A stretch of 64,000 nt of DNA from Candidatus Poribacteria bacterium (GTDB lineage: Bacteria > Poribacteria > WGA-4E > WGA-3G), in NCBI GenBank assembly GCA_022825825.1, contig JAJDWA010000023.1, positions 12,707-76,706 on the forward strand, written 5' to 3'. The position numbers and the translations under genes were made by a program. The notes below the pieces were generated by a model, which searched no databases, was not told the origin of the DNA, and saw only the letters and a list, made by a program, of their open reading frames with translations. This document shows positions 36,602-45,285 of this stretch, in pieces. The stretch's first letter is position 1. Every line of letters begins with the position of its first letter.

Positions 36602-37840
36602 ATGAACCCTAATGAAAAAATTGAAAAACTGACCTCGCTTCTCAATAAACATCATGAATATCGCGAAACCTGTCTAAACCTCATCGCTTCGGAAAATACG
36701 CCATCACCGTTAGTAGAAGAACTTTTTGACGAGCGGTTGGCGCGGCGATACGGAAATTATGCTGGAATTGAGCTTTATCAGCGGAACTATAAAGGCAACC
36801 GCTATATTGCTGAAATAGAAGCGTTCACGCAGGAATTGGCAAAAGAACTTTTTAACGTATCACACGTTGATTTCCGTCCACTTTCTGGAAACATAGCGGG
36901 AATTGCCGCTACATTCGCGCTTGCAGAGCCGGGTGATATTGCATTAGAAGTTCATAACGGCCATCGTTATGCCCATAAACTCGCTTCGTCTCCGCTTAAA
37001 GTAGACTTACAGTCAATTCCGATTCCTTGGGATGGTCTCCGATCAAACATTGACCTTCCTGCAACGATTGAACAGATTGAACAACACAAACCGAAAATCG
37101 TGAACATCGGTTCAGGTGTATTTCTCTTTCCACAACCCGTTTCGGAACTGAAAAACGCTATGCGTCAAGCAAATCCAGACTCATATCTCATTTATGACGC
37201 TGCGCACGTTATTGGACTCATAGCAGGTGGGCGGTTTCAATCGCCATTTGAAGAGGGGGCGGATGTCATCATCTCCAGCACACACAAAACGCTCGCAGGT
37301 CCGCAAGGTGGCATGATTTTAACCAACGACAAATCTATTGCAGAACGAATTGGGAAAACGTTGTATCCACTGCTGATGAGCAACCATCACTTGAGTCGAT
37401 TGCCAGCATTAGCGGGAACGTTTGTGGAGTGGATGGCGTGCGGTGCAGCACATGCAGATGCAATTGTCGCTAACGCGAAGGCTTTGGGACAGGCGTTAGC
37501 GGATCGCGATGTGCAAATGCTCGGTGCAGAACTCGGTTTCACGGAGTCGCATACGTTGATACCGATTGTAGACGTTTTTGGTGATGGAGGCGAATTAGCA
37601 AATCAATTAGAAGCATGCCATATTATTGCGGGTGCTGCGGGCTTATCTCCTGAAGTCGGCACCTCTGGACTCCGTTTCGGTGTGCAAGAGGTTACCCGAT
37701 GGGGCATGACACCAGAAGATGCACCGGATATCGCAGATTGTGTTGTTGCCGTGCTCTCAGGAGAATCGCCGGATACAGTCAAACCCAAAGTTGCGCGAGT
37801 CGCACAACGTTTTAGGACGATTCAGTTTACAGTAAAATAA
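36602..37840 (+). CDS. glyA: serine hydroxymethyltransferase
   Basis: LIASENTPSPLVEE..., PLSGN, SSTHKTLAGPQGG (PLP lysine). Confidence 0.9.
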   Translation: MNPNEKIEKLTSLLNKHHEYRETCLNLIASENTPSPLVEELFDERLARRYGNYAGIELYQRNYKGNRYIAEIEAFTQELAKELFNVSHVDFRPLSGNIAGIAATFALAEPGDIALEVHNGHRYAHKLASSPLKVDLQSIPIPWDGLRSNIDLPATIEQIEQHKPKIVNIGSGVFLFPQPVSELKNAMRQANPDSYLIYDAAHVIGLIAGGRFQSPFEEGADVIISSTHKTLAGPQGGMILTNDKSIAERIGKTLYPLLMSNHHLSRLPALAGTFVEWMACGAAHADAIVANAKALGQALADRDVQMLGAELGFTESHTLIPIVDVFGDGGELANQLEACHIIAGAAGLSPEVGTSGLRFGVQEVTRWGMTPEDAPDIADCVVAVLSGESPDTVKPKVARVAQRFRTIQFTVK

Positions 37841-37944
37841 ATGGCAATGCATATTCAACATAGCAAAAAAATTTTTGTAACGCTTTATATTATTGTAACG
37901 TTAAATATATTATAGCACTAATGTTTTATAGTTGTATAGGTTGT

Positions 37945-37970
37945 CATTAACATTTTAGGTGATGTTAATG
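37945..37970. promoter_or_regulatory. Operator-like perfect 9-bp inverted repeat upstream of the first Rieske-fusion gene
   Basis: cattaacat-N8-atgttaatg, 44 nt upstream of the ATG at 38014. A direct repeat ttgtaacg occurs at 37874 and 37892. Confidence 0.3.
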
Positions 37971-38013
37971 TACGTATTTTAAACAGTAAATAACAAGAAA
38001 AGGAATATTTACT

Positions 38014-39750
38014 ATGGAAAATAAAGCACCCGATTGGGTGAAAGTAGCTGATTTAAGCGAAGTGCCTGAGGGACAACCGAAGGCAATTAAAATGGGAGAG
38101 GGGCGTAGTATTGCCCTCTTTAATGTTGACGGCAAAATTTATGCGACTGATAATCAGTGTCCGCATATGGGCTACCCGTTAACACGAGGCACAATCCGAA
38201 ATGGCATTCTGACATGTGATTGGCACCGCCGCAGTTTTGATTTAGAGGGTGGCGGCTGTTTTCACGTTGAATGTGATGACTTGAAGGTTTTTCCGGTGGA
38301 TATCCGAGGCAATGAAATTTGGATTGAACCGGGAGATATGATCTACCGCCGCGCAGAAGAACATAAGCAACTGCTCCGAGAAGGTCTTTTAAGCGAAGAC
38401 CGATGGACAATGTCCAAAGCAATTGCCCTGTTACTTAAAGGCGGTGTACCAGAAGAAGAGGTCATGGGAGCGATTCTGGAACACGTCGCCCGACACATTC
38501 CCAGTGCTCACGGGTCAGAAGGTGGAGAAGATGTCTCGAGACTCATCAATGGACTCAGAGTTGGAAGTCGGTATGAGGGAGAGGATAGACTCATCGCTGT
38601 CACTACCGCTGCATGTTCTGCTGCAGGAGAAGCACGTCAACGGCTTGAAGTTGTACCGCTGCCTGAACCTGTCAGTTGGGAAAAGATTGAGCGATGGGTA
38701 CGTATCTTCTCCTATGAAGGACAAGCTGGTCGTATTGAGCGCTGCTTGTTTACAGCATACCACAAAGGTGATGCAGATAAATTGCGTCCATTATTGTTTG
38801 AATGTGCTGTCGAACCCAATTTTATTGATAATCCACAGATCCCGCTTTATGTAAGTTATCTTTCTGAAGTGGTTGATGAATTCGGGTGGGACCGCACTGC
38901 GGATCTGTTTTTCTATCTCGGTGCAGACCTTGTCGGACATCATCCCTCGGATCCAGAACGGTATCGCAGGGACGCGATCAATCTGATGAGAGAGATGCTA
39001 CCAACAGTTGAAAGTGCCGCGTTAGAACGAACGAATAAGTTTGACGAGGATGCTTTTGTTGAAGCACTTACCAGCGTCAATCTCGAACGTTCCTTTGAGG
39101 AGGTACAGGCAGTCATAGTTGATGGTGTCCAGTTAGATAGGGTTATCACATCACTTGTTCTACTTGCAGCGGATCGTATGGCAAACACACCTGTGAATGT
39201 AGATGCGGGTTGGTGGAACTTAACAATGGAACTCAACCTTGCGGCATCTTTGCGAAGTGCGCAACAAGTTGGTGGAAGCCTTGTCGCAGCGAAAGGGCTT
39301 TTCCACGTTGCATGGCAAATGTTCGCTGACCGTTGGATAAATATCCCTACACGACTCCTTAGCGAACCGTTGGGTGAAGAAAAACTTGATGTAGCAAATG
39401 AAGCAGAAGGTATTGAATTGATTATCGGCACAATTGAGTCACTCAATGTTCAAGATGTCGGACCGCAGGTGCTTGGATATCTAAATGCTGGCTATTCTGC
39501 TGAGAATTTACTCCAAGCCATCGGCCATTCAGTGCTATGGGATGATACCGGAAGTGAAGTTCTGCCGACATTGCGCACCGTGTTTGAAGAATGGCAGCAC
39601 GCCGAAGGGCATCCCGCGCAACCACAACTGCTGGTCGGTTTGGCACGATATGTTACAGATATCCGATCCAATACGGATAACAAATCTGCAGCTACCACAG
39701 CGATGAATTTTGCTGAAGGCAGAACTACAATTGAGGTCTTTGAGGAGTAA
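38014..39750 (+). CDS. Rieske [2Fe-2S] domain protein fused to an uncharacterised C-terminal domain of about 470 aa (paralog 1)
   Basis: CPHMGYPL-x-CDWH Rieske ligands (CxH-x16-CxxH) within aa 49-71. I do not recognise any family in the remainder. Confidence 0.8.
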   Translation: MENKAPDWVKVADLSEVPEGQPKAIKMGEGRSIALFNVDGKIYATDNQCPHMGYPLTRGTIRNGILTCDWHRRSFDLEGGGCFHVECDDLKVFPVDIRGNEIWIEPGDMIYRRAEEHKQLLREGLLSEDRWTMSKAIALLLKGGVPEEEVMGAILEHVARHIPSAHGSEGGEDVSRLINGLRVGSRYEGEDRLIAVTTAACSAAGEARQRLEVVPLPEPVSWEKIERWVRIFSYEGQAGRIERCLFTAYHKGDADKLRPLLFECAVEPNFIDNPQIPLYVSYLSEVVDEFGWDRTADLFFYLGADLVGHHPSDPERYRRDAINLMREMLPTVESAALERTNKFDEDAFVEALTSVNLERSFEEVQAVIVDGVQLDRVITSLVLLAADRMANTPVNVDAGWWNLTMELNLAASLRSAQQVGGSLVAAKGLFHVAWQMFADRWINIPTRLLSEPLGEEKLDVANEAEGIELIIGTIESLNVQDVGPQVLGYLNAGYSAENLLQAIGHSVLWDDTGSEVLPTLRTVFEEWQHAEGHPAQPQLLVGLARYVTDIRSNTDNKSAATTAMNFAEGRTTIEVFEE

Positions 39751-39756
39751 TCTCTA

Positions 39757-41037
39757 ATGAGCCAAAATGCTTGGCACCTGCAGCGAACGGCATTTATTGA
39801 TGCAGTGAGAAACGGGGACGCGAATCGAGTCAAATCCTTGTTGGCTGATAACAGTGAACTTAATGCTTACATTGATGAACCTTGGTTCTCCTTTGATGCG
39901 CCGGCAATTGTGTTTGCCGCTGGCGAGGGTAATCGCCCGCTTGTGGAGGTGTTGCTTGATGCGGGGGCAAACATTGATGCCAAAAGTTCTTGGTGGGCAG
40001 GTGGCACTTCGGCACTGCAGCACGCGTCCGGTTCAATGCTCGGATACAACAGGGAATTAGCTGCGTATCTAATTGAACGCGGTGCAACGATTGACGCACA
40101 TTCAGCAGCGGGTTTGGATATGGTGGATACACTTGAGGCGTTGATTCGTGAAAACCCGGATGTTGTTAATGCACCTGGATGCGATAGCATGTCTCCGCTT
40201 CATTTCTCAGCGACACCCCGAATTGCAGAACTGCTCCTCAAGCACGGCGCGGACATAAATCTACGCGATCGGGACCATAACGGAACTGCAGCGCAATGGA
40301 CGATGCGGAGACGGCCTGAAGTCTGTAAATACCTCCTTGACCAAGGTGCCGAAGCGGACGTTGTCCTCTATTGCGCGATGGGTGACGTTGAACGAGCAAG
40401 GGCAGAATTTCTGAAAAACCGTGAACTCCTCACGCTCAGGATAAATATGAAAGCGCCTGAAGGTTTCGTTATCCCATCGTCAAAGGTTAACGATGAGCAA
40501 ACAGAGGTTGTTCCTGGTGGACATGTGTATGTTTATCAGGTCGGACCGACCATGCCGCTGCTTGAGATAGCACTTCAGTCTAAGCAGCCAGCAATCGTTG
40601 ATCTGCTCATTGACTTAGGTTATGAGATCAACTTGCGAGACTGGTATGTACTGGTTGGACAGGGACCGAAACGGTTTGATGCTTTGGTGAAAGGATTCCT
40701 TGCTAAAGGTCGGGATATTAACGCACTTCAAAAGCATCGGCGTGGCATGTGGTCGCCTCTACATTGGGTCGCACAACGCGGTTTGACAAACGGTATCGTC
40801 TGTTTATTGGCAAACGGGGCTGACCCGAATGTGACCGATGACAAAGGGCAAACACCGCTACACTTCATTGCACAGAAGGGTGTCGGCAAAAACCAAGCAG
40901 AGTCACTAATTGAACATGGCGCTGATCTCAATGCACGTGATGATGCTGGACACACACCGCTTGATTACGCTAAGAAAGCAAAACGTAAATCGCTTGCGGA
41001 TTTCTTGATAAATTTAGGAGCGAAAAGCGGCAAGTAA
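39757..41037 (+). CDS. ankyrin-repeat protein
   Basis: GAGGAG RBS inside the end of the previous gene. Repeats such as SPLHFSATPRIAELLLKHGADINLRD and TPLHFIAQKG...LIEHGADLNARD. Confidence 0.85.
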   Translation: MSQNAWHLQRTAFIDAVRNGDANRVKSLLADNSELNAYIDEPWFSFDAPAIVFAAGEGNRPLVEVLLDAGANIDAKSSWWAGGTSALQHASGSMLGYNRELAAYLIERGATIDAHSAAGLDMVDTLEALIRENPDVVNAPGCDSMSPLHFSATPRIAELLLKHGADINLRDRDHNGTAAQWTMRRRPEVCKYLLDQGAEADVVLYCAMGDVERARAEFLKNRELLTLRINMKAPEGFVIPSSKVNDEQTEVVPGGHVYVYQVGPTMPLLEIALQSKQPAIVDLLIDLGYEINLRDWYVLVGQGPKRFDALVKGFLAKGRDINALQKHRRGMWSPLHWVAQRGLTNGIVCLLANGADPNVTDDKGQTPLHFIAQKGVGKNQAESLIEHGADLNARDDAGHTPLDYAKKAKRKSLADFLINLGAKSGK

Positions 41038-41102
41038 CCGACAACTGCTAAATTGCCATTTCCAACACTTTTTGGCTAATTAAGTGTTAAGAGGATTCAA
41101 GC

Positions 41103-41663
41103 ATGCAATACGATGACAATTCACCATTCTATAAATTGCTTGCTACGAAATATAAGCAAGAAGAGGAAGCTCTTGGTATTACTATCGTTGAAACGTATCC
41201 AGAAGTAGCGAAATTGGCGTGGCCTGGTCCTGATGAAAAAGGACAACCATTTGTCAAAGGCAGTACAGCGCTGCATTACGCTGCCAATGATGGGAAAGAT
41301 CAACTTGTTCTTAAGCTTCTTGAATATGGTTCGGATGTTAATGCAAGTGATGCAAACTGGTACCGATCTGTGCTATCTTGGGCTGCTAATAATGCATGGA
41401 CTTCAACGATACGCTTACTTCTTGCAAATGGAGCGGATCCTACGTCTTTAGATGCAGTTCATGCCGCTGCGTTTGGTGGTTCTTCATGCGGTGAAGGGCA
41501 AGAACAAGAATACGCAGAAACACTGCAAATCCTGATTGATGCGGGTGCTGATATGAACGATCGACGCCATTATCAGAACCAAACGCCACTTGGGATTGCT
41601 TTAAAAAGCGGAAACAGAGGTGCGATTGCGTATTTGCGCAGCATCGGTGCCGCAGAAGTATAA
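41103..41663 (+). CDS. ankyrin-repeat protein
   Basis: TALHYAANDGKDQLVLKLLEYGSDVNASD and LLANGADPTSLD. Confidence 0.85.
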   Translation: MQYDDNSPFYKLLATKYKQEEEALGITIVETYPEVAKLAWPGPDEKGQPFVKGSTALHYAANDGKDQLVLKLLEYGSDVNASDANWYRSVLSWAANNAWTSTIRLLLANGADPTSLDAVHAAAFGGSSCGEGQEQEYAETLQILIDAGADMNDRRHYQNQTPLGIALKSGNRGAIAYLRSIGAAEV

Positions 41664-41697
41664 AATTTGCCGAATATGTAGGTTGGGTAGAACGGCG

Positions 41698-41870
41698 TGA
41701 AACTCCTAACTGTCAATTTAGCGTGAGAATAATCTCAAACCCGGTAGGTGCGGTTTCCTAACCGCACCTACCATTCTGAATGTCCGAGGCGCAATGAATT
41801 GCGATTAAACGCGTTTTTTCCTAAGTTGACAGTTACGGTTAGAACGGCGTGAAACCTAACAAATTGAATT
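41698..41870. mobile_element. MITE-like insertion: direct repeats, then 10-bp terminal inverted repeats, around a family A hairpin
   Basis: TAGAACGGCGTGAAAC occurs at 41698-41713 and 41850-41865. taactgtcaa (41717-41726) pairs with ttgacagtta (41836-41845). Core hairpin ggtaggtgcgg-TTTCCTAA-ccgcacctacc at 41753-41782. Confidence 0.4.
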
Positions 41871-41940
41871 TATGAGATACAAATTAGTCTTCGGTAAAGG
41901 CAATCGCCTCCTACCGTTGATGTAATAGGAGAAGTATAGA

Positions 41941-43689
41941 ATGTTATCAGAAAATGGAAATTTCGTAAAAGTCGCTGCCCGAAGTGATATAGCAGAGGGA
42001 AAACCGAGGGCAGTCAGAGTTGAAGGACATAGTATTGCCCTCTTTGAGCATGAAGGCAATGTTTACGCCACAGATAACCAGTGTCCACACATGGGCTATC
42101 CGCTCATAAGAGGGCATGTCAAAAGAGGTGTTTTGTCGTGCGACTGGCACGGTTGGAGTTACGACATGGAAGGTGGCGGATGTTTCACCGGTGGTTGTGA
42201 TGACCTCGCTACGTTTCCCGTTGACGTTCGCAATGGTGATATCTATGTAGATGTCGGCAGTGGTGGAAAGAAACGGGATGACGCACATTTTCTTTTGTTG
42301 AAAGAGGGGTTATTTTCGCATGACAGTTGGACGCTTTCCAAAGCTATTGCCATTATGTTAGCAAAAGGCGTTTCAGAAGATGAAACGTTGGAGATAATGG
42401 TTAAACACATGGTGCGGCATATTTCGACAGCCGAAGGTGCGCGAAGCGGCGGCGGGCGTATCGCAACACTGATGCACGGAATTAAGGTCGCACACATGTA
42501 TGAATCCGATGATCGACTTATTCCGCTGATGATGGCGGCGACACATGCTGCTGGTGGACACAATGATCGTCCTGACCGTCAACCGCTTCCACCGCCAGTT
42601 GACTGGGAAAAACTTGAAAACTGGATTAGAGTGTTCACCGCCGATAAAGAATGGGAAGGTATAGAAAAATGCCTTATCACAGCAAGGCAGTTAGGTGGGC
42701 ATGAAGACAAATTTATCCCGCTCTTCCTCGATTGCGCGTCCCAGTGGTTCTTTCTCAGCCACTCCAGAAACTTAATTGACCTTTGCCATTTGGCTGAAGT
42801 ACTTGAGAAATGGGGATGGGAGATGACTGGGGAATTAGTCTGTAACCTCGGCGCAAAGATACTTGGGCAAGGCCGTGGCAGACCCGGTGAACGTCTCCGT
42901 GAAGCACTCCAAAAACTGGAAGAAATTGATCATATCTTTGATAACCTTCCGCAGGAAAAATCACCTGACGCAGACGTTGATTTTGACGAAGATGAATTAT
43001 CTGCCGATCTGGTCAGTGGGGATATAGACACAATTTTTGATGCTATAACGAAAGTGCTCACAGCAGGTGCTTCCATTGACAAGATCGCTACAACCATGGT
43101 GATGACATCTGCTGATAGGATGGCAAGAACACCAGTTAACATGAGTCCCGGTTGGTGGGATTTACAAGAAGAGATGGAATTAGCGGCGAACATTAGAAAG
43201 GTCCTCCGTTTTGGTGGCACTAAAATAGCTTCGAAGGCACTCTACCACTGTGGATGGAGATTTTATTCTAACCGCTGGTTAAACATTCGTCCTCAACCGA
43301 TTTCAGAAGCGAGAACGACTTCAACCACTAAAGTCCTTGATGAAGATATGGCAATTGACGCAATCGTTGATGGAATCGAATCTGTCCGAATCCAAGAAAT
43401 TGGTCGACGCACTCGCGAATATCTTAACTCAGGGTGCTCCGCTGAACGATTATTGGCTGAGATGGGGCAATGTATCCTCAAGGATGATAACGGTGATTCT
43501 CTCCTCAGCACGATTCACATTGTGGATAGAGAGTGGCATTACTGTGAGAAGCATCCTGCAAGGAATCAACTGATTGTTGGGTTAGCCCGATGGGCAACGG
43601 ATGTTCGCAGAAACGCGGGGAACGATTCCGCCGTGCAGACTGCACACCGTTTCGCAAAAGGCGAAACCGCTACGGAACTCTACGAATAA
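41941..43689 (+). CDS. Rieske [2Fe-2S] domain protein fused to an uncharacterised C-terminal domain of about 470 aa (paralog 2)
   Basis: CPHMGYPL...CDWHGWSY. Collinear with 38014-39750 over the full length, with shared blocks ADRMA(N/R)TPVN, GWW(N/D)L and LVGLAR(Y/W)xTD(I/V)R. Confidence 0.8.
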   Translation: MLSENGNFVKVAARSDIAEGKPRAVRVEGHSIALFEHEGNVYATDNQCPHMGYPLIRGHVKRGVLSCDWHGWSYDMEGGGCFTGGCDDLATFPVDVRNGDIYVDVGSGGKKRDDAHFLLLKEGLFSHDSWTLSKAIAIMLAKGVSEDETLEIMVKHMVRHISTAEGARSGGGRIATLMHGIKVAHMYESDDRLIPLMMAATHAAGGHNDRPDRQPLPPPVDWEKLENWIRVFTADKEWEGIEKCLITARQLGGHEDKFIPLFLDCASQWFFLSHSRNLIDLCHLAEVLEKWGWEMTGELVCNLGAKILGQGRGRPGERLREALQKLEEIDHIFDNLPQEKSPDADVDFDEDELSADLVSGDIDTIFDAITKVLTAGASIDKIATTMVMTSADRMARTPVNMSPGWWDLQEEMELAANIRKVLRFGGTKIASKALYHCGWRFYSNRWLNIRPQPISEARTTSTTKVLDEDMAIDAIVDGIESVRIQEIGRRTREYLNSGCSAERLLAEMGQCILKDDNGDSLLSTIHIVDREWHYCEKHPARNQLIVGLARWATDVRRNAGNDSAVQTAHRFAKGETATELYE

Positions 43690-43707
43690 CACAAGTAATT
43701 CACTATT

Positions 43708-43743
43708 GTAGGGCGAGGTTTTGTGCCTCTGCCCTACTTTTTT
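43708..43743 (+). terminator. rho-independent terminator (family B unit co-opted)
   Basis: gtagggcgagg-ttttgtg-cctctgccctac followed by a run of 6 T. Confidence 0.7.
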
Positions 43744-43748
43744 ATTAA

Positions 43749-44774
43749 ATGAAAAAAATCGTTCTATCCCTTCTTTTTAGTCTATTATGTTTGTCAGCTC
43801 ATGGGGCATCCTTGGAGTTCGTCTTTCAACTCGGCGAAAAACAGAACCCACGACTTGATAGATTACTCCCTGATGTTCCACGATATTTGGCTTTTAACAA
43901 GGATAGCACAAAATTCATTGCTAAAGGAATGGGTGGCATCTTAGTAGAGTGGGATATTCACTCACGCCAAAAGCGAGAAGTCGGAAATATCCAAGCAAAG
44001 CGGTTGTTTGTTTATGCTGCTGGCACTAATCAACTTTTAATTCAGAAAGAGGATAATGTCACAATTCTCAATCTTGGAGGTAGCAATGAAACACAAGTAA
44101 CAAAGGGGCAGTATGAAAGTGGGAGTCTATCAGCAAATGGCGACTTGGTAGTGTTGTCAAAAGGCGAAAAAGAGTTTGAATTTTGGCAACTCGTTAAGAA
44201 GCGTCCGAGGCAGGTGAAGACTTTTCAGACAACTTTGCCGATTAGGAATGGTCTTACGCTTTCTAACGATGGTAAATATATTGCATCTGCCGAAGGCAGT
44301 TACCGTGATGGTGAAGGACATCGCACAATTGTTGAGATTTGGGATGCAAACGATGAAAAGCAACCTATGCGTGTTTTCAACACCGGTGAAATTCTTGGTG
44401 TATGGAACTTAGTATTTTCAGATGGCAGCGAGATGCTTGCTGTTGACACGCAACTCAACGCTAAATCTGGAGTTCGCGTATGGGATGTCCGAACAGGCGC
44501 ACAACTCCTTAATAAATCAGGGTTTGAGGCATACTGGACACGCGCCCTCGCTTTCGCACCCAGTGAAAAATTAAATTCGACAGAATACCTTGCCTCTGGA
44601 GACGAGAAAGGAAATCTCCGAATATGGAAAATTCCCGGTGGTGAATCAACAATTTGGGAAACCTATCCAACCGGTATTCAAGCATTAGCCTTCTCACCCA
44701 ATGGAGAGTATTTGGCAGTCGCATTATGGGATACCACAATTCAAATTTTAAGGTGGAAAAGAGATGAACAATAA
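43749..44774 (+). CDS. secreted WD40-like beta-propeller protein
   Basis: Signal peptide MKKIVLSLLFSLLCLSAHG. WD-like blades (VEIWDAN, VRVWDVRTG, NLRIWKI, LAFSPNGEYLAVALWD). Confidence 0.75.
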   Translation: MKKIVLSLLFSLLCLSAHGASLEFVFQLGEKQNPRLDRLLPDVPRYLAFNKDSTKFIAKGMGGILVEWDIHSRQKREVGNIQAKRLFVYAAGTNQLLIQKEDNVTILNLGGSNETQVTKGQYESGSLSANGDLVVLSKGEKEFEFWQLVKKRPRQVKTFQTTLPIRNGLTLSNDGKYIASAEGSYRDGEGHRTIVEIWDANDEKQPMRVFNTGEILGVWNLVFSDGSEMLAVDTQLNAKSGVRVWDVRTGAQLLNKSGFEAYWTRALAFAPSEKLNSTEYLASGDEKGNLRIWKIPGGESTIWETYPTGIQALAFSPNGEYLAVALWDTTIQILRWKRDEQ

Positions 44775-45270
44775 TAATGAATCTTACACAGATGAAAAGG
44801 GACGCACCCGATGGCACGTAAATGATGAAATAGCGTTGAGATTAATGGAACTGCATACTTTCCTGATCATTGCAGATTACCCAGAGGATCATGCTTCACG
44901 ATATCCTCGTTTGGCACATTCCATCTCTCGTTTTCCAGAATCCATCGCGGATCTTGTCGATCAAGGAAGGTTAATAGAAGAAATTGGCGGGGTTGGCGAA
45001 ATAGTTGAGACTATCATCACTGAATATCTACAAACTGGAACATGCTCAAAAATCCAAGACTACGCAGGTGACATTCCGCAGACAATTGCTGAACTTGTGC
45101 CTGTTCCTGGTCTTGGCGCAAAAACGATTAAACGCTTATATGAGGATATTGAAGTTGTTAGTCTCGCTTCCCTTCGAACAGCAATTGACGAAAGTAAACT
45201 CAAAGGATTCAAAGGCATCGGCAAGAAAACGTTAGATAAAATTGAGGAATATCTTGATTCAAATTTGTAG
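44764..45270 (+). CDS. palm-less PolX-like protein: 8-kDa (lyase-like) plus HhH fingers domains only
   Basis: Collinear with residues ~1-145 of bacterial PolX (NDEIA..LMEL...SRY..LA....L..IGGVG..I..II.EY...GT.S...........ELV.VPGLGAKTIKRLYE......SL..A.....LKGFKGIGKKT..KI). It stops before any palm/NT motif. Overlaps the WD40 gene by 11 nt. Confidence 0.65.
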   Translation: MNNNNESYTDEKGRTRWHVNDEIALRLMELHTFLIIADYPEDHASRYPRLAHSISRFPESIADLVDQGRLIEEIGGVGEIVETIITEYLQTGTCSKIQDYAGDIPQTIAELVPVPGLGAKTIKRLYEDIEVVSLASLRTAIDESKLKGFKGIGKKTLDKIEEYLDSNL

Positions 45271-45285
45271 TAGATATATCTCAAA

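Noticed and set aside
38014-39750. Rieske proteins as alpha subunits of ring-hydroxylating dioxygenases
   Set aside because: The C-terminal part is about twice the size of an RHO catalytic domain. I could not find the Hx4H...D mononuclear-iron motif. No beta-subunit or reductase genes are nearby.
38940-40190. Several 90-170-aa minus-strand ORFs (38940-39446, 39492-39833, 39867-40190; likewise 42243-42563 and 42930-43220)
   Set aside because: They are antisense to the Rieske-fusion and ANK genes. Ser/Ala/Arg-rich shadow translations.
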